Shown: in pieces, positions 26,574 to 38,817 of the stretch | How the letters are laid out: every line of letters starts with the position of its first letter | How positions within the stretch are numbered: position 1 is the stretch's first letter | Assembly (NCBI GenBank): GCA_964035575.1 | Contig: OZ037846.1 | Span: 1,178,001-1,242,000 of the forward strand | Length of the DNA stretch: 64,000 nt | DNA from: Rhynchopus sp. YZ270_cl-10 | Lineage: Eukaryota | Direction: 5' to 3' | The notes under the pieces: generated by a model | What the model was told of the DNA's origin: nothing | The model's input: only the letters and a program-made list of their open reading frames with translations | Database searches by the model: none | Program-made: the position numbers and the translations under genes

Positions 26574-27776
26574 CATACATGGTAAGCGAACAAAAAATTC
26601 GCTTTATTCGCTTTTCCAAAAAAGCGAATAAAAAGTTCGCTTTATTCGCTTTTGGTTCGCTTTTTTATTCGCTTTATTCGCCTTTTATTCGCCTTTGGGT
26701 GATCTATGATCGTCTCCGTGGGACACGTAACAGGCTGTGAGAGCTTACTGAGAGCTAGTGGGTGCTGAGTACTGAGTATACACAGTATACACAGTATACA
26801 CAGTATACACAGTATACACAGTATACACAGTATACACAGTATACACAGTATACACAGTATACACAGTATACACAGTATACACAGTATACACAGTATACAC
26901 AGTATACACAGTATACACAGTATACACAGTATACACAGTATACACAGTATACACAGTATACACAGTATACACAGTATACACAGTATACACAGTATACACA
27001 GTATACACAGGGGATTGGGAGTACAGTACAGTACAGTACAGTACAGTACAGTACAGTACAGTACAGTACAGTACAGTACAGTACAGTACAGTACAGTACA
27101 GTACAGTACAGTACAGTACAGTACAGTACAGTACAGTACAGTACAGTACAGTACAGTACAGTACAGTACAGTACAGTACAGTACAGTACAGTACAGTACA
27201 GTACAGTACAGTACAGTACAGTACAGTACAGTACAGTACAGTACAGTACAGTACAGTACAGTACAGTACAGTACAGTACAGTACAGTACAGTACAGTACA
27301 GTACAGTACAGTACAGTACAGTACAGTACAGTACAGTACAGTACAGTACAGTACAGTACAGTACAGTACAGTACAGTACAGTACAGTACAGTACAGTACA
27401 GTACAGTACAGTACAGTACAGTACAGTACAGTACAGTACAGTACAGTACAGTACAGTACAGTACAGTACAGTACAGTACAGTACAGTACAGTACAGTACA
27501 GTACAGTACAGTACAGTACAGTACAGTACAGTACAGTACAGTACAGTACAGTACAGTAGCCTTATTTTGGCGTCGTTGCGGGTATTGGGGGATCTCGGGG
27601 GACTAGACTCGACACACTAGACTTGACAAAAAATACGTTGCTTTTTATTCGCTTTTTGTTCGCTTTTTCGTTCGCTTTTGGTTCGCTTTATTCGCTTTAT
27701 TCGCCGGCGAATAAAGCGAATAAAAAAGCGAACCAAAAGCGAATAAAGCGAATTTTTTGTTCGCTTACCATGTATG
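26574..27776. mobile_element. Non-autonomous CATAC-terminal element, 6-bp TSD CCTAGG
   Basis: TIR CATACATGGTAAGCGAACAAAAAATTCGCTTTATTCGCTTTT. TSD at 26568-26573 and 27777-27782. Confidence 0.92.
26775..27558. repeat. (CAGTATACA)n (26775-27010) followed by (CAGTA)n (27021-27558)
   Basis: Read directly from the sequence. Confidence 0.99.
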
Positions 27777-27778
27777 CC

Positions 27779-28383
27779 TAGGGGGGGTCAAATGCACTTA
27801 AAAAAACGATACAAACGTCATTTTTTCGAGTTTTTGATAAAAACGCATTATTTTGGATGATTGAGTAGAAATTTTGACCAAGAACCTCTCAAAAACATCG
27901 TGGGGGGTGGTTTTCATGCCAGAGGGGGATCACACGCACCCCAAATGGTGAAATTCCAAAAAAAAAAAATTTTTGCCCATGATTGGTACCAGCCCCACCA
28001 ATTCCTTAAGGAGTTAAATTCCGATTTTTTTCATTTTTTTTGCGATTTTTTTGCTCAAAAACTGAAGATACCCTGTTTTCGGGGCAAAACTCTCTAATTT
28101 TGGGCAGTTCCGTGTGAAAATATGCAAAAATAGTCAAAAATTGGAAAATCGTTAAGGAAATCGTTAAGGAAAATCCTTAAGACTTAACGTGGGGTACCAA
28201 TCACAGGCAATTTTTTCATTTTTGACGTCTAGGCGCTCCTGGGCCCGAAAAATGGGTCAAAACCGACCTACAAACAGTTTTCCACACGATATGTGTCACA
28301 TTTTCGGGTCAGATTCACTTAGAAATGCATTTTTATCGAAAACTGAAAAAAGTGGGTTTGTATCACCCATTTGACCGCCCCTA
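27779..28383. mobile_element. TAGG...CCTA class element, family G
   Basis: Termini TAGGGGGGGTCAAATG / CATTTGACCGCCCCTA. Right flank is A+C18. Confidence 0.82.
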
Positions 28384-28414
28384 ACCCCCCCCCCCCCCCC
28401 CCTTTCCCGTGCTT

Positions 28415-28643
28415 CACGACGGTGATGTAACGGGTGTTACAAGTGGAGTTACAAGTGAGTTACATGTAACTTTTGTTACATGTAACTCACTTGTAACTCA
28501 CTTGTAACCCACCAGTTACAACCTGATTTTGCCTGTAATTCATGTATCCCACTTGTAACTCACTTGTAACTCACTTGTAACGGTTTTTCACTTGTAACGT
28601 TACATGTAACTTCACTTGTAATGTACTGTACATCACCGTCGTG
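28415..28643. mobile_element. CACGACGGTGA MITE, TT TSD
   Basis: Same family as 2916-3166. The empty site CCCGTGCTTCACGTG at ~33781 shows a 2-bp TT duplication. Confidence 0.92.
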
Positions 28644-28831
28644 TTCACGTGACATCTGGCTGCAGATGGTGTACGGTTCTTCGTCACAGAGCCGCTCCGG
28701 TACGCCGCTTTTGTTTTATTTGCTTTGTCTTTGTCTTTGTCTTTGTCTTTGTTTTTGGTTCTAGGTCTACGAGTTGCTTTTATTGGTCAATTTTCAAATG
28801 TTTTCTGTTCTCTCCTGAATTGAAAGTATAT

Positions 28832-29657
28832 CATACTTGGACCGCCCGAAATATATTTCGGGCATTTCGGGCGAATTAGGGGCGGATTTCGGGCGATTTT
28901 GTGCGCCCGAATTCGCCCGAAATGCAGATTTCGGGCGAATTCGGGCGCTTTTTCCTTAGTGAAAACCGACCAGGTAGGGTTCTACTCATTTTCGCAAAAA
29001 ACTTTTTATATTTGGAAATATTTGATGTCAAATCTGTCAAAATAAGCAATAATCGAAAACTTTTGTACACCTGAGTGCACTTTGGAGGCCCGTGAGAATC
29101 ACCACCAAATCACGGGTTTTCTGACTATCATTTGCTTATTCCCACCCAAAACACACTATGAACCGGGTTTTCACTATTTTTTCGTATTTCAGGGTGAATT
29201 TTTGTGAATTTTTGGGTCACAGGGTGGTTCTGACCCATGCTGGGGGGTGTTTCGGGCCTGTAGTTGCTCAGGAGATGCCCAAAAACGTGAAAAATCGCCT
29301 TTTTACGTTTTTAGTAGTATTTTAGTGTAAATTGTTAGGGAAATCGGTTTTATATGTGGCTGCTAACAGAGCTGCACTCATATAAGTTGGGTTCTACTAG
29401 GAATTTTTGCTCAATTTTTATTTTCTTTGAACAAATTTTGTGCCAATCTTTCAAATAAAGCGTTAGATTTTTACACTGGTGTCATGCTTCCCAGCACACA
29501 TAAGATACTGGTTGTGCGCCCGAATTCGCCCGAATTACGTATAAATTCCCTTTAAAACTCCCGAAATATATTTCGGGCACATTTCGGGCGCTCGGGATCC
29601 GCGCCCGAAAAATTCGCCCGAATTCGCCCGAAATATATTTCGGGCGGTCCAAGTATG
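28832..29657. mobile_element. Non-autonomous CATAC-terminal element, 6-bp TSD GTATAT
   Basis: 32-bp TIR CATACTTGGACCGCCCGAAATATATTTCGGGC. The empty site TTGAAAGTATATGAAGTT occurs at ~12820, ~33959 and ~44849. Confidence 0.93.
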
Positions 29658-30085
29658 GTATATGAAGTTATCTCACCCCTTTTCCACCCTTCCCACACTT
29701 TCTCCTCCAACGAAAAATATTTTTGATTTACCCACCACCACCACCACAATACACTATCACGAGAGGGCTTTGCATTTCAAGTCAACTTTTTTTGCACCTC
29801 AACTCAATATTTGATTTCACTACACCTCAGGAATTCGACCAACGTGTTGTGGAAAAGACATCGTTCTGTGGGGAAGAGGGGTAAGTTGGTAGTGAAGCAA
29901 GATATTTTCTGCAATGAAATACAGAAGCTGTAGGTTTAGAAATTGTTGGTGATGAAAGGGCTTTTGTTGTGTACCGAGAGCGCATGAACAAGACTGAACG
30001 GCTGTTCTTATCAAGACTCCTCCCCTCCCCTCACAACACCCTCACACCTCACACACCATTGCAGGAATTTCCTATGCATACCAAC

Positions 30086-32119
30086 ATGGTGCTGCCGTTT
30101 CTTGCTATTTTTATGGCATCAGTTGTGCCAGTGTCAGGATCAGTTGCACCTGCAACACCAGCGCCTCCGACACCCGCACCCGTTGTTGGGCAGGCTGGAC
30201 CGACATACTCAGTTGTGTTTGCACCTGAGTACAGCATGACATGGAACATTACAGGCGACATCATCACGTACGTCTTTACATGCAGTCCGGGTCTGTGGTG
30301 TGCCTTTGGGTTTGGGACGAGCATGGCGGATGCGGACACTTACACATGCTCGCAGTCATCGTGCTTTGATGGTCACTGCTCTGGGCACGTTGTTCAGGTG
30401 CAGGACGTGCTGAACGACGTGCTTTCGTACAGCATCGTGGGTGCGACAGACTACACGTTCTCGCGCAAGGTGGACACAATGGACGCTGTCGACACTGTCA
30501 TCGTGAACCAAATGCAGGACGTGATCTGGGCGTACGGGCCGTACACAGCTGGCAACCTGGACACACACGAGGCTGGCGGAAGCTACGGGAGCTTGCAGAT
30601 CAACTTTTTCACTGGTGCCTCAGCTTCGGTGGGTACGAAGAACAAGCTGGTGTACCTGATCCTCATGTTTGTGCTGCTGTTGCTGCCTGCGATGTTCGTG
30701 CCACTGACAAAGCTGTGCTGCCGCAATGCGTTTGAGGCACCACGTTTCCTGGGAAGGATGATGGTGAAGGGAGTGGGTGTCTACGTGGTGGGAGTGATGT
30801 GGGCAGGTGCGGCAGTGTGCTTCTACTACGCGAACGAGGACAGGCTGGTGTGGTACAAGTCCCTCGGCCACGTTGCGCAGCTGCTCCTGGGCATGAGCTT
30901 CTCGATGCCGTCTGGGAGGCAGAGCTGGATCTGGATCTGCTTTGGGATGCCTCACGAGAAGGTTGTGTTCTTCCACGGCATCATCGGGTTTCTGTTCATG
31001 GCAGTCGGGACACTGCACGGTGTGATGTACATTGTGGACGGCGAGAACGCATTTACATGGGGTGGTGGACATGTGAACAACCTTGCAGGGACGCTTGCCA
31101 TTATCTTCATGTTTGCGCTGTGTGTGACGTCCCTGCCGCCTGTGCGCAGGGGTGCGTACCACTTCTTCCTGATGGCGCACTGGTGCTTCATTCCGTTGAT
31201 CCTCATCTTCAGCATCATCCACGCCACATCCACGGTGCTGTTCCTGATCCCGGGAATAGTCTCCCTGATTGCACAGAGGGTTGTGCGCAACTTCATCGTG
31301 CGCTACTACACAGTGGTGTCGAAGTGTGACACCCCTTCGCAGGCGTACTCGAAGATGCATGTCGCTCCTGCAGTTCCGCCCACAAGAGAGCCGATGTTCA
31401 ACTTCCACGACATCTTCCCAGGGATGTACATCAGGGTGCGTGTGAAGTCGCTGTCGAACATGCTGCAGTCGCACCCCTTCTCTGTGATGCGTGTGCACCC
31501 GGAGACACGTGGCTTTTCCATTGTTGTGAAGAACGTGGGGAAGGGAACGTCGACGGACAACATGATCCAAGACCTGCAGACAGGTTCGCTGCTGCGTGTG
31601 TCTGAGCCCTGCGGTGCTGCCTCGATGGACCTGCTCAACTACGACAGAGTGCTGCTTGTTGGCGGTGGTGTGGGTGTGACACCGTTGATTGCTGCACTGA
31701 ACTACCTGCGTGCACGGAACGGAGAACCCCAAGAGCTGGAGCTGGAGGGAGAGGCAGTGCAGTACAGAGTGACCCTTGTGTGGGCTGTGCGTGACGTCGA
31801 GCTTCTTGAGCTCCTTGCAGACGAGCTGATCTCGTGTATCAATGCCATGTCCGACCTGGACCTGCAGATCCACTACACAGGGGTTGTGAACGGAAACCAT
31901 AACGTGTTTGGGGTGCTCGGCAGCAAAATCAAGTACGGGAGGCCTGCAATGGAGAAGGTTCTGGAAGGGTTTGGTGACCCAAAGTTGTTCAAGAGTTTGG
32001 CAGTTTTCACCTGTGGTCCACATGCACTGACTGGTGGGGCGAAGAAGGCTGTGTCAGCGTATGCAGGTCAGTACCCCTGGATGAAGGCGGACGTTCACAA
32101 CGAAACCTTTGAGATGTAG
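30086..32119 (+). CDS. DOMON-ferric reductase, one-DOMON paralog 2, ~677 aa (alternative ATG at 30074)
   Basis: Near-identical to paralog 1 with all motifs intact. Confidence 0.93.
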   Translation: MVLPFLAIFMASVVPVSGSVAPATPAPPTPAPVVGQAGPTYSVVFAPEYSMTWNITGDIITYVFTCSPGLWCAFGFGTSMADADTYTCSQSSCFDGHCSGHVVQVQDVLNDVLSYSIVGATDYTFSRKVDTMDAVDTVIVNQMQDVIWAYGPYTAGNLDTHEAGGSYGSLQINFFTGASASVGTKNKLVYLILMFVLLLLPAMFVPLTKLCCRNAFEAPRFLGRMMVKGVGVYVVGVMWAGAAVCFYYANEDRLVWYKSLGHVAQLLLGMSFSMPSGRQSWIWICFGMPHEKVVFFHGIIGFLFMAVGTLHGVMYIVDGENAFTWGGGHVNNLAGTLAIIFMFALCVTSLPPVRRGAYHFFLMAHWCFIPLILIFSIIHATSTVLFLIPGIVSLIAQRVVRNFIVRYYTVVSKCDTPSQAYSKMHVAPAVPPTREPMFNFHDIFPGMYIRVRVKSLSNMLQSHPFSVMRVHPETRGFSIVVKNVGKGTSTDNMIQDLQTGSLLRVSEPCGAASMDLLNYDRVLLVGGGVGVTPLIAALNYLRARNGEPQELELEGEAVQYRVTLVWAVRDVELLELLADELISCINAMSDLDLQIHYTGVVNGNHNVFGVLGSKIKYGRPAMEKVLEGFGDPKLFKSLAVFTCGPHALTGGAKKAVSAYAGQYPWMKADVHNETFEM

Positions 32120-32958
32120 GTGACGGTGCTGTGCACACTTTCCTGAGCATTTACTTAAATTAGACAACCCACCCCACACCCTCTCTTGAACTTCTGCATG
32201 CCTCCCACCACATATTTATCATTTCCTTTTCACATTCTTGACAAGTAGTGTACCTACGTAGGCGTTTACCTGAAGTGTGGATACAAAGTTAATCTGCCCT
32301 GAGTTGCATTCGACTCCACTGCACCACGAGGAAGGGAAGGTGGTGAGAGTTTTGACTGTTTTCTTTCAGTTCGTGAGTTCGCGAGTCTTTCTCAAGAAAG
32401 TAGTGTCTGAACAGAGCAAACTAACATAGAACGTCGTTGGCACAGTTTATTGTGGATACTTCGAGAGGAAAGAAATGCAACGATTCCCCCACCTTTTGTC
32501 AAATGTTTTCTGTTCTTCCTGAATTGAAAATATGTGAATCTAATATTCTTTTCTTTCCCCGTTGTATTCACTTGCACACTGTGATAACGCTGCTGGGTTC
32601 ACACACAACTATGTTGTAGCTAACGGTCCAGAAGCAACTGTCTAGCGTTGTTAACTCTTTGTATCCCCTTTGGAAGAACGTCCACGGGTTTTTTCTCCCA
32701 TACTGTGCTTTCTCGTCTTTTGTTGGAAAGTATCGTGTTTTGAAAAAGATGACCAGAATAATTCGTCCACAGGTAAGTAAAAGGAAAAAAGGTTTTTTTT
32801 GTTGATTGCACAATTACCCTGTTGGGGGTGATTGGCGACCGTATCTGAGGAACTATTTCTCCTTTAAGATACGATTGTAGATATAAAAAATGACAGTGGA
32901 GATTGCACAACTGTGGCAACACAACCGAGGCAACTACACTACTCCAACAATTTATCAA

Positions 32959-32992
<34 letters not shown>

Positions 32993-35029
32993 ATCCAAAA
33001 GGTCTCTGATTTCTATGACATTGTTTTGCTGTCTGTTTTGTTTTTAAAAACGTCCTCCCCATCCCTTCGGTTGTGGTGACTACGCACGAGAGGCTTAGGT
33101 TCATCCTATAAACTTTGATATATGGGTCAGTCCATAAACCCCCCCACCTGAAAGGTAACCTCAGCAACTATTTGGCTATGATCTAATGTGTACTAGGACG
33201 TTCTGTTCGATTTTTGTTTTAATGGATTCAGATTAAAGTTTCTGAATTCATTAAAACAAAAATCGAGTAAAAATACCGAGTACAAATTTGATGGATTCCC
33301 CCAGAGAGGTAAATAAGTTACCGGTAACCCGAATTACCGGTAATTCCTTAAGGATTCCTTAAGAAACACGGAAAAATGCAAAAAAACATCGAAAGAGGGG
33401 GCACTTTAATTTATCGTTTGGAAACCCTTTCCACTTTACGCGTTGCTCATTTTTGTCTTTTTTGTTCTCGAAAAAATCGGTTCATCCAATCGTGCCGGTT
33501 GCCGAGAGGCAGACCAGAGTCCTCCTCTTCCGCAATATCAGGTGCCCTTTTCGTTTTCCTTGTGGTCTTTTCAAAAAAAAATCGTGTAAGCCACGTCCAC
33601 AAATTCTTGCGATTTTAATTGGGACCGCACGGCGATGAGTGTAATAGTTCCGTTGTGTCCTCCGGTTGTCTGGCGGTCCCATTTTATTTTTGTCAAAATT
33701 CCGGTATTCATTTTGTTTGGTGCTACGAGTCATGTATCTGACATGTAAACGCCAACAAAACAATAACCTTCGCCCCCTTTCCCGTGCTTCACGTGACATC
33801 TGGCTGCAGATGGTGTACGGTTCTTCGTCACAGAGCCGCTCCGGTACACCGCTTTTGTTTTATTTGCTTTTTCTTTGTTTTTGGTTCAGCTTCGTGAGTC
33901 TAGTCTATGAGTTCCTTTTTTTGGTAAATTTTTCAAATGTTTTCTGTTCTCTCCTGAATTGAAAGTATATGAAGTTATCTCACCCCTTTTCCACCCTTCC
34001 CACACTTTCTCCTCCAACGAAAAATATTTTTGATTTACCCACCACCACCACCACAATACACTATCACGAAAGGGCTTTGCATTTCAAGTCAACTTTTTTT
34101 GCACCTCAACTCAATATTTGATTTCACTACACAGGCCTAATTACCCTTCCCTGTGCCTCCAATGATCCCCGTTCATCTGACTGATGAGTGGAAGCGGGAG
34201 TAGGGCTTATCGGATAGTAACCACTTTTTTTGCAGCGTTTTTGGTGACAGGGACATCACAGATTTAAAATTTCTACATTTAGTTTTTGCGTCCCCCTCCT
34301 GACCCGGCAGTAGCTCAGCACAGATGATTGCAATTAGTTCCTCCGCTCTCTCGACCCGGAGCGTTGGTAGCAGCCCACTTCGCACTGCCCCTCTTCAAAT
34401 TTTTCGACAGTACTGTGCAAAAGTAGGTGGATCTTCCGAACCCGGCTCTGCACGGTACGTCTCTTTCATGGCATCGTTGTTGCGCACGGCGACGATCTAT
34501 TCCCGCAGCTGTGCCCCGTCCCCAGTTCCAGCGGTTGCCGTTGTGGTGAACTGGCATTCACCATCATCTCCCGTCCCTGCCGTTTTTCCAGACGCTGTAC
34601 CCCTTCGACCGGGGGTGGGGACCACCCTTCCCGTGGTGGTTTTGCTGGCCACAACAGTAGTCCAGCCCCTTGTTTATATTTCTGCAATACCTACCGGCAT
34701 TGCAGCGGTGCTTGTTACAAAAAAGCGGGTCCTCTGCCTCCGGGTCCTTGTTGACTGAGGCACACCACTGTTCGTAAGTCATCGGTACAGATGACGCAGC
34801 CTGTACCTGAACCTCATTTTCTTCATTTTCCCCCCTTTTCAGGGAGTTGGGTGCCGCACCTAGCCAGCCTTCGCTTATGCCTGAGTGCGTGAAGCTTCTT
34901 CGGGGTGTTCAGGAATTCGGCAAAAGTGATTTGGAAAGACATGGTTTTGTGGGGAAGAGAGATACGTTGGGTAGGGGAGCAAAAAGCAAGATATTTTCTG
35001 CAATAAAGTACAGAAACTGTAGTTTTAGA

Positions 35030-38000
35030 CACGGATGCTGCCAGATCTGGCCAGATCTCCAGATCTGGGCCGCCCAGATCTGGCCAGATCTGGGAAAAAT
35101 TTTTTTTTTTTTTGGTGTTGTTCAACTTAGCCCAAGGCTCGACTTTTTTTTTTTCCACATCAAACTGGACAGGGCGAGGGGGGTACGTTTACTATGCACA
35201 TGAAAAGCACTTGGTCCGAGCGAAGCGAGGGCCAGATGTCTTACAATCTGTACAGTGCCGGTTAGTTAGAACGAGGCACAAAAGTGAACAAAACTAGAGA
35301 TGGATTGTTATTGTCATCAGCACAGTCAGCACCATTGACAATTGAGGAAAAATGGAGTATTAACATGGGAGAGGCAGGGGAGAAGACAGACTGTCCAGTC
35401 AGTGTGGTTTTACTTAGCGTTCCAGTTTGGTACCCAGCTGGTTCTGGAGGGGGGGGGGGGATGTTTTCTTTTTACAATACGAAGTTCCGTTCTTGTCACA
35501 ACAAGCGTCCTTTTTGTTCTTTTTGTCCTTGTAGTCTTTTTTGATAGGGTAATTAACGCCATTAGCGGTCACTCATGGAACTCGTATGGGAGGGGCTGGG
35601 GGGGGGGGGGGGGGAGGGGAAAGGGAATTCACAGATTACCAAACACATCATCTTACTCACGAGTCCTTGCGTCACTCACGGCCATTCTGAGCGAGGACTA
35701 GATGCAGTTCAGCAAAAATCTAGACAAACAGGTCTCTAAAGAAGAGGGGTGGGGGAAAAGAAAAGGGAAGAAAAATTTTTTTTTGAAAAAAAATTTTTCC
35801 CAGACGTCCCAGATCTGGCCAGATCTGGCCAGATCTGGCCACATCTGGGAGATCTGGGACGTCTGGGAAAATTTTTTTTTCCAGGTACCCCCAATGACAT
35901 AACGAAGTATCGCTTGAAGTACCGTTCAATATACGTTGCTCGTGTGTGCAAGTTACGAGGACACACAAGGTATATCAAACGATAAATCAATCAGATAAAC
36001 GTTACATCATTGGAAAATTGTTGGCACCGCCGCCCTGTCTTCGTATTTATTACGTCGACAGGCCAAACAGCGTTGGGCTCAGAAGAAGCAGTGCAAAACA
36101 CTGGGGATCAACATGAGAACCAACTCCCAACAACACAGGCTACCGAAGTAGCAGGTGGGGTGTTGCGGGTGTTTGGGGTGAAAGAAAATCGATTTTGGTA
36201 AGTTACAGCAGAAAATTCTTAAGTTTGCACAATTGAGAAGGGTGTTACCACTGCCTAATATTATTCGTACATGTGAACCGGTAAGGTCGAGAAGGGTGGA
36301 CACGGCATACAAGTACAAGTACAAGTAAGACGTACCTTCTACAAAGGCTGAATTCGCAATTCTTAAGGGATTGAATTCAGCCCCCACGTGGTGTTTTTGA
36401 GAAAATCATTCCATGGTATACAACTATGGTTCCCGAAGAATGATTCGCCCCTCCTCGTTCATGCAAACTTAAGAAAATTCTGAAGTAACTACAACCTGGC
36501 GTGCGGGTACAGATGCATTGCTTTGTTCTTTCCTCAAAGTCATGTGTGATCTCTCGGGTCTGTACTAAAGTCAGTGTTTAGATAAGCATCCACTTGACTC
36601 GTTCTAACAACCGTTGAAATCTAGAACAAAACAATACACTGCCCCTTCTCACACCAAGCCGCCATGCTTCAAGAGCATGCCCTGGGCAAAAATTACTGTG
36701 ACAAAAATTAGTTTTCTGGGGGAACGCAATATTTTCTTGTGCCTAGTCCTCCGCAAGCAGAGGACAGACTTTCCGGATCCCGAAGTCGAATTTCTTGCAC
36801 TAGCTACGCTCCCTGGGTTAAATGGCTATAGCAGTGACTGACTAAGAGTTTCATAATAATTAGGGTGGTCTATGGGGTGGGTTAATGGAAAAGTTGGTAT
36901 ATAAACCCGACTTTTACGATCGCCACCTGGTTTTGAAATAATTGCACCAGCTCTTCCGTCGGCACTGCTTCGCTGTTATGATGAAGGGTCGTCGGTTCGG
37001 GTACCTGTTAAGAGAAATTGAATGTAAAAGTAGAGACTACAACAAAAAAACAAACAAACAAGCAAGAAGCCGCCCCGTACCCCTTAAACGTAAAAGTGAC
37101 ATTTTTGTTGACAAAAAAAAAAAAATAGCTAAAAAATAGCGAACATGTCGAAAAGGGAGAAAATCGGGGGGTTAAAAACATACCTTGCACTCGGCCCACT
37201 CTCCAGGTACAAAGAACATCACTGCACGACAAACCCACTACTACGATAGAAAATAACTATTTTTTACCGAACAGAAAGGTCGTTTTATTGATGAGTGTTT
37301 TCTGAGTGCACACTCAGTGGGGACAAAATGCAACACTTACCGAAAAAATTCTCCAATCGGACAAAAACCTTTCTAAACACCCAAAAAAAAACACCTCAGT
37401 CCACATCCGCTGGGGTCGCGAGATGGAAATATATGGTTTTACAGCTTTTGGGGGGTCTAGCGTGGGTCCCAGATGCATTTTGCAACGGGTCTGTGTGTGT
37501 GCCTCAACCGCTTCACAGTACCCTTTTTTGTAACTGAAAACGACGCATCCTGTACCTAAGTGCACTGAAGCCTTGCTTGCGTCCTCCTTCGTGGTTTTGG
37601 GCGTTCGCATGCGAGAATCATTATCGCATTCTCACATGTAATTCTCGCATCACGGAGAGGATTTTAGCGTTACGTGACCACAAAAAAAGTGCACAAAATT
37701 AGTTTGGTCAAAAATCACCTTGCACTTGTGAAGGAATTGCTGAGGAAATCTGAAATATGCGTGTTTTGGTACACAAAAGTGCGTTTTGGGTGGTTCTGAA
37801 GGGTCAAAACACCAAAAAAAAACGTTTTTTTGCATTTTTGGTCACCCAAGGACCCACTATTTTGGTTGATATTTTTTTTTTTCCCTTTGCGAAAAAATAC
37901 CCAAAAATCACGGCTATAAAAACGCTAAGGAAAAATCGATTTTCATTTTTTGGGCAGAGAAGTGCGTTTTAGGCGCCCACAGATGGTCAAAACATCAAAT

Positions 38001-38659
38001 TTTTTGTGTTTTTGGCATCTTTGGACACCCAAGGACCCACTATCAGGGGTGAATTTTTTTTGCCTGAGATTTGCCTTTGCCAGAAATCGAAGAAAAAAAA
38101 ATTATGAAGGAAATTGCTAAGAAAAAGTCGAAATTGTGGGCCCCTGTACTGCATATGGCGGTACCAGATCGTCAAAACACCCGACTCTTGCGTTTTTTTG
38201 CACTTTTTGGTACACAAAAACCCTGCTCAGGGGTCAAAATTTTCCCGGAAAAAAAAAATTTTTTTTTTCGAGATTTTTCAAAAATCGACTTGTCTTTGGT
38301 AAAAACCATGAAATTTCGGGTTCGCAAAACCACGTTTTAGACCCCCACAGATGCTCAAAAGTGCCAAATTTTGCTTTAAATGGCCTCAAATCGTCGAAAT
38401 TAGCCCTTTTTAGGGGCGAAAAAAAAAATTCGAGAGTCCCTTTCCCTGGGAGACAATAGCCAGAAATCTGAGGGAAAAAAAAAACTGGCCAGATTTCCAG
38501 ATCTGGCCAGATCTGGGGAGTTTTTTTTTTTTTTTGAAAAAAAAAATTTCCCAGATTCCCAGATCTGGCCAGATCTGGAAACAAGATCTCCACATCTGGA
38601 AAACGAGCCAGATCTGGGAAATTGGCCCCCAAATCTGGCCAGATCTGGCAGCATCCGTG
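35030..38659. mobile_element. CACGG-terminal element, 6-bp TSD TTTAGA, composite non-coding interior
   Basis: TIR CACGGATGCTGCCAGATCTGGCCAGAT with many palindromic CCAGATCTGG motifs. The empty site GTAGGTTTAGAAATT is upstream of paralogs 1 and 2. Confidence 0.9.
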
Positions 38660-38817
38660 TTTAGAAATCGTTGGTGATGTCCTTTTTTTATTGTGCACAG
38701 CGCGCATGAACAAGACTGAACGGCTGTTATTGTCTTCAAGACTCCTCCCCTCCCCTCACAACACCCTCACACCTCACATCTCACACACCATTGCAGGAAT
38801 TTCCTATGCATACCAAC

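Noticed and set aside
26745..27620. YTQ / VQYST repeat ORFs
   Set aside because: Microsatellite translations.
30620..32023. Long antisense ORFs over the reductase, kinesin and transposase genes
   Set aside because: Shadow frames of real genes, with no recognisable motifs and lengths that vary between paralogs.
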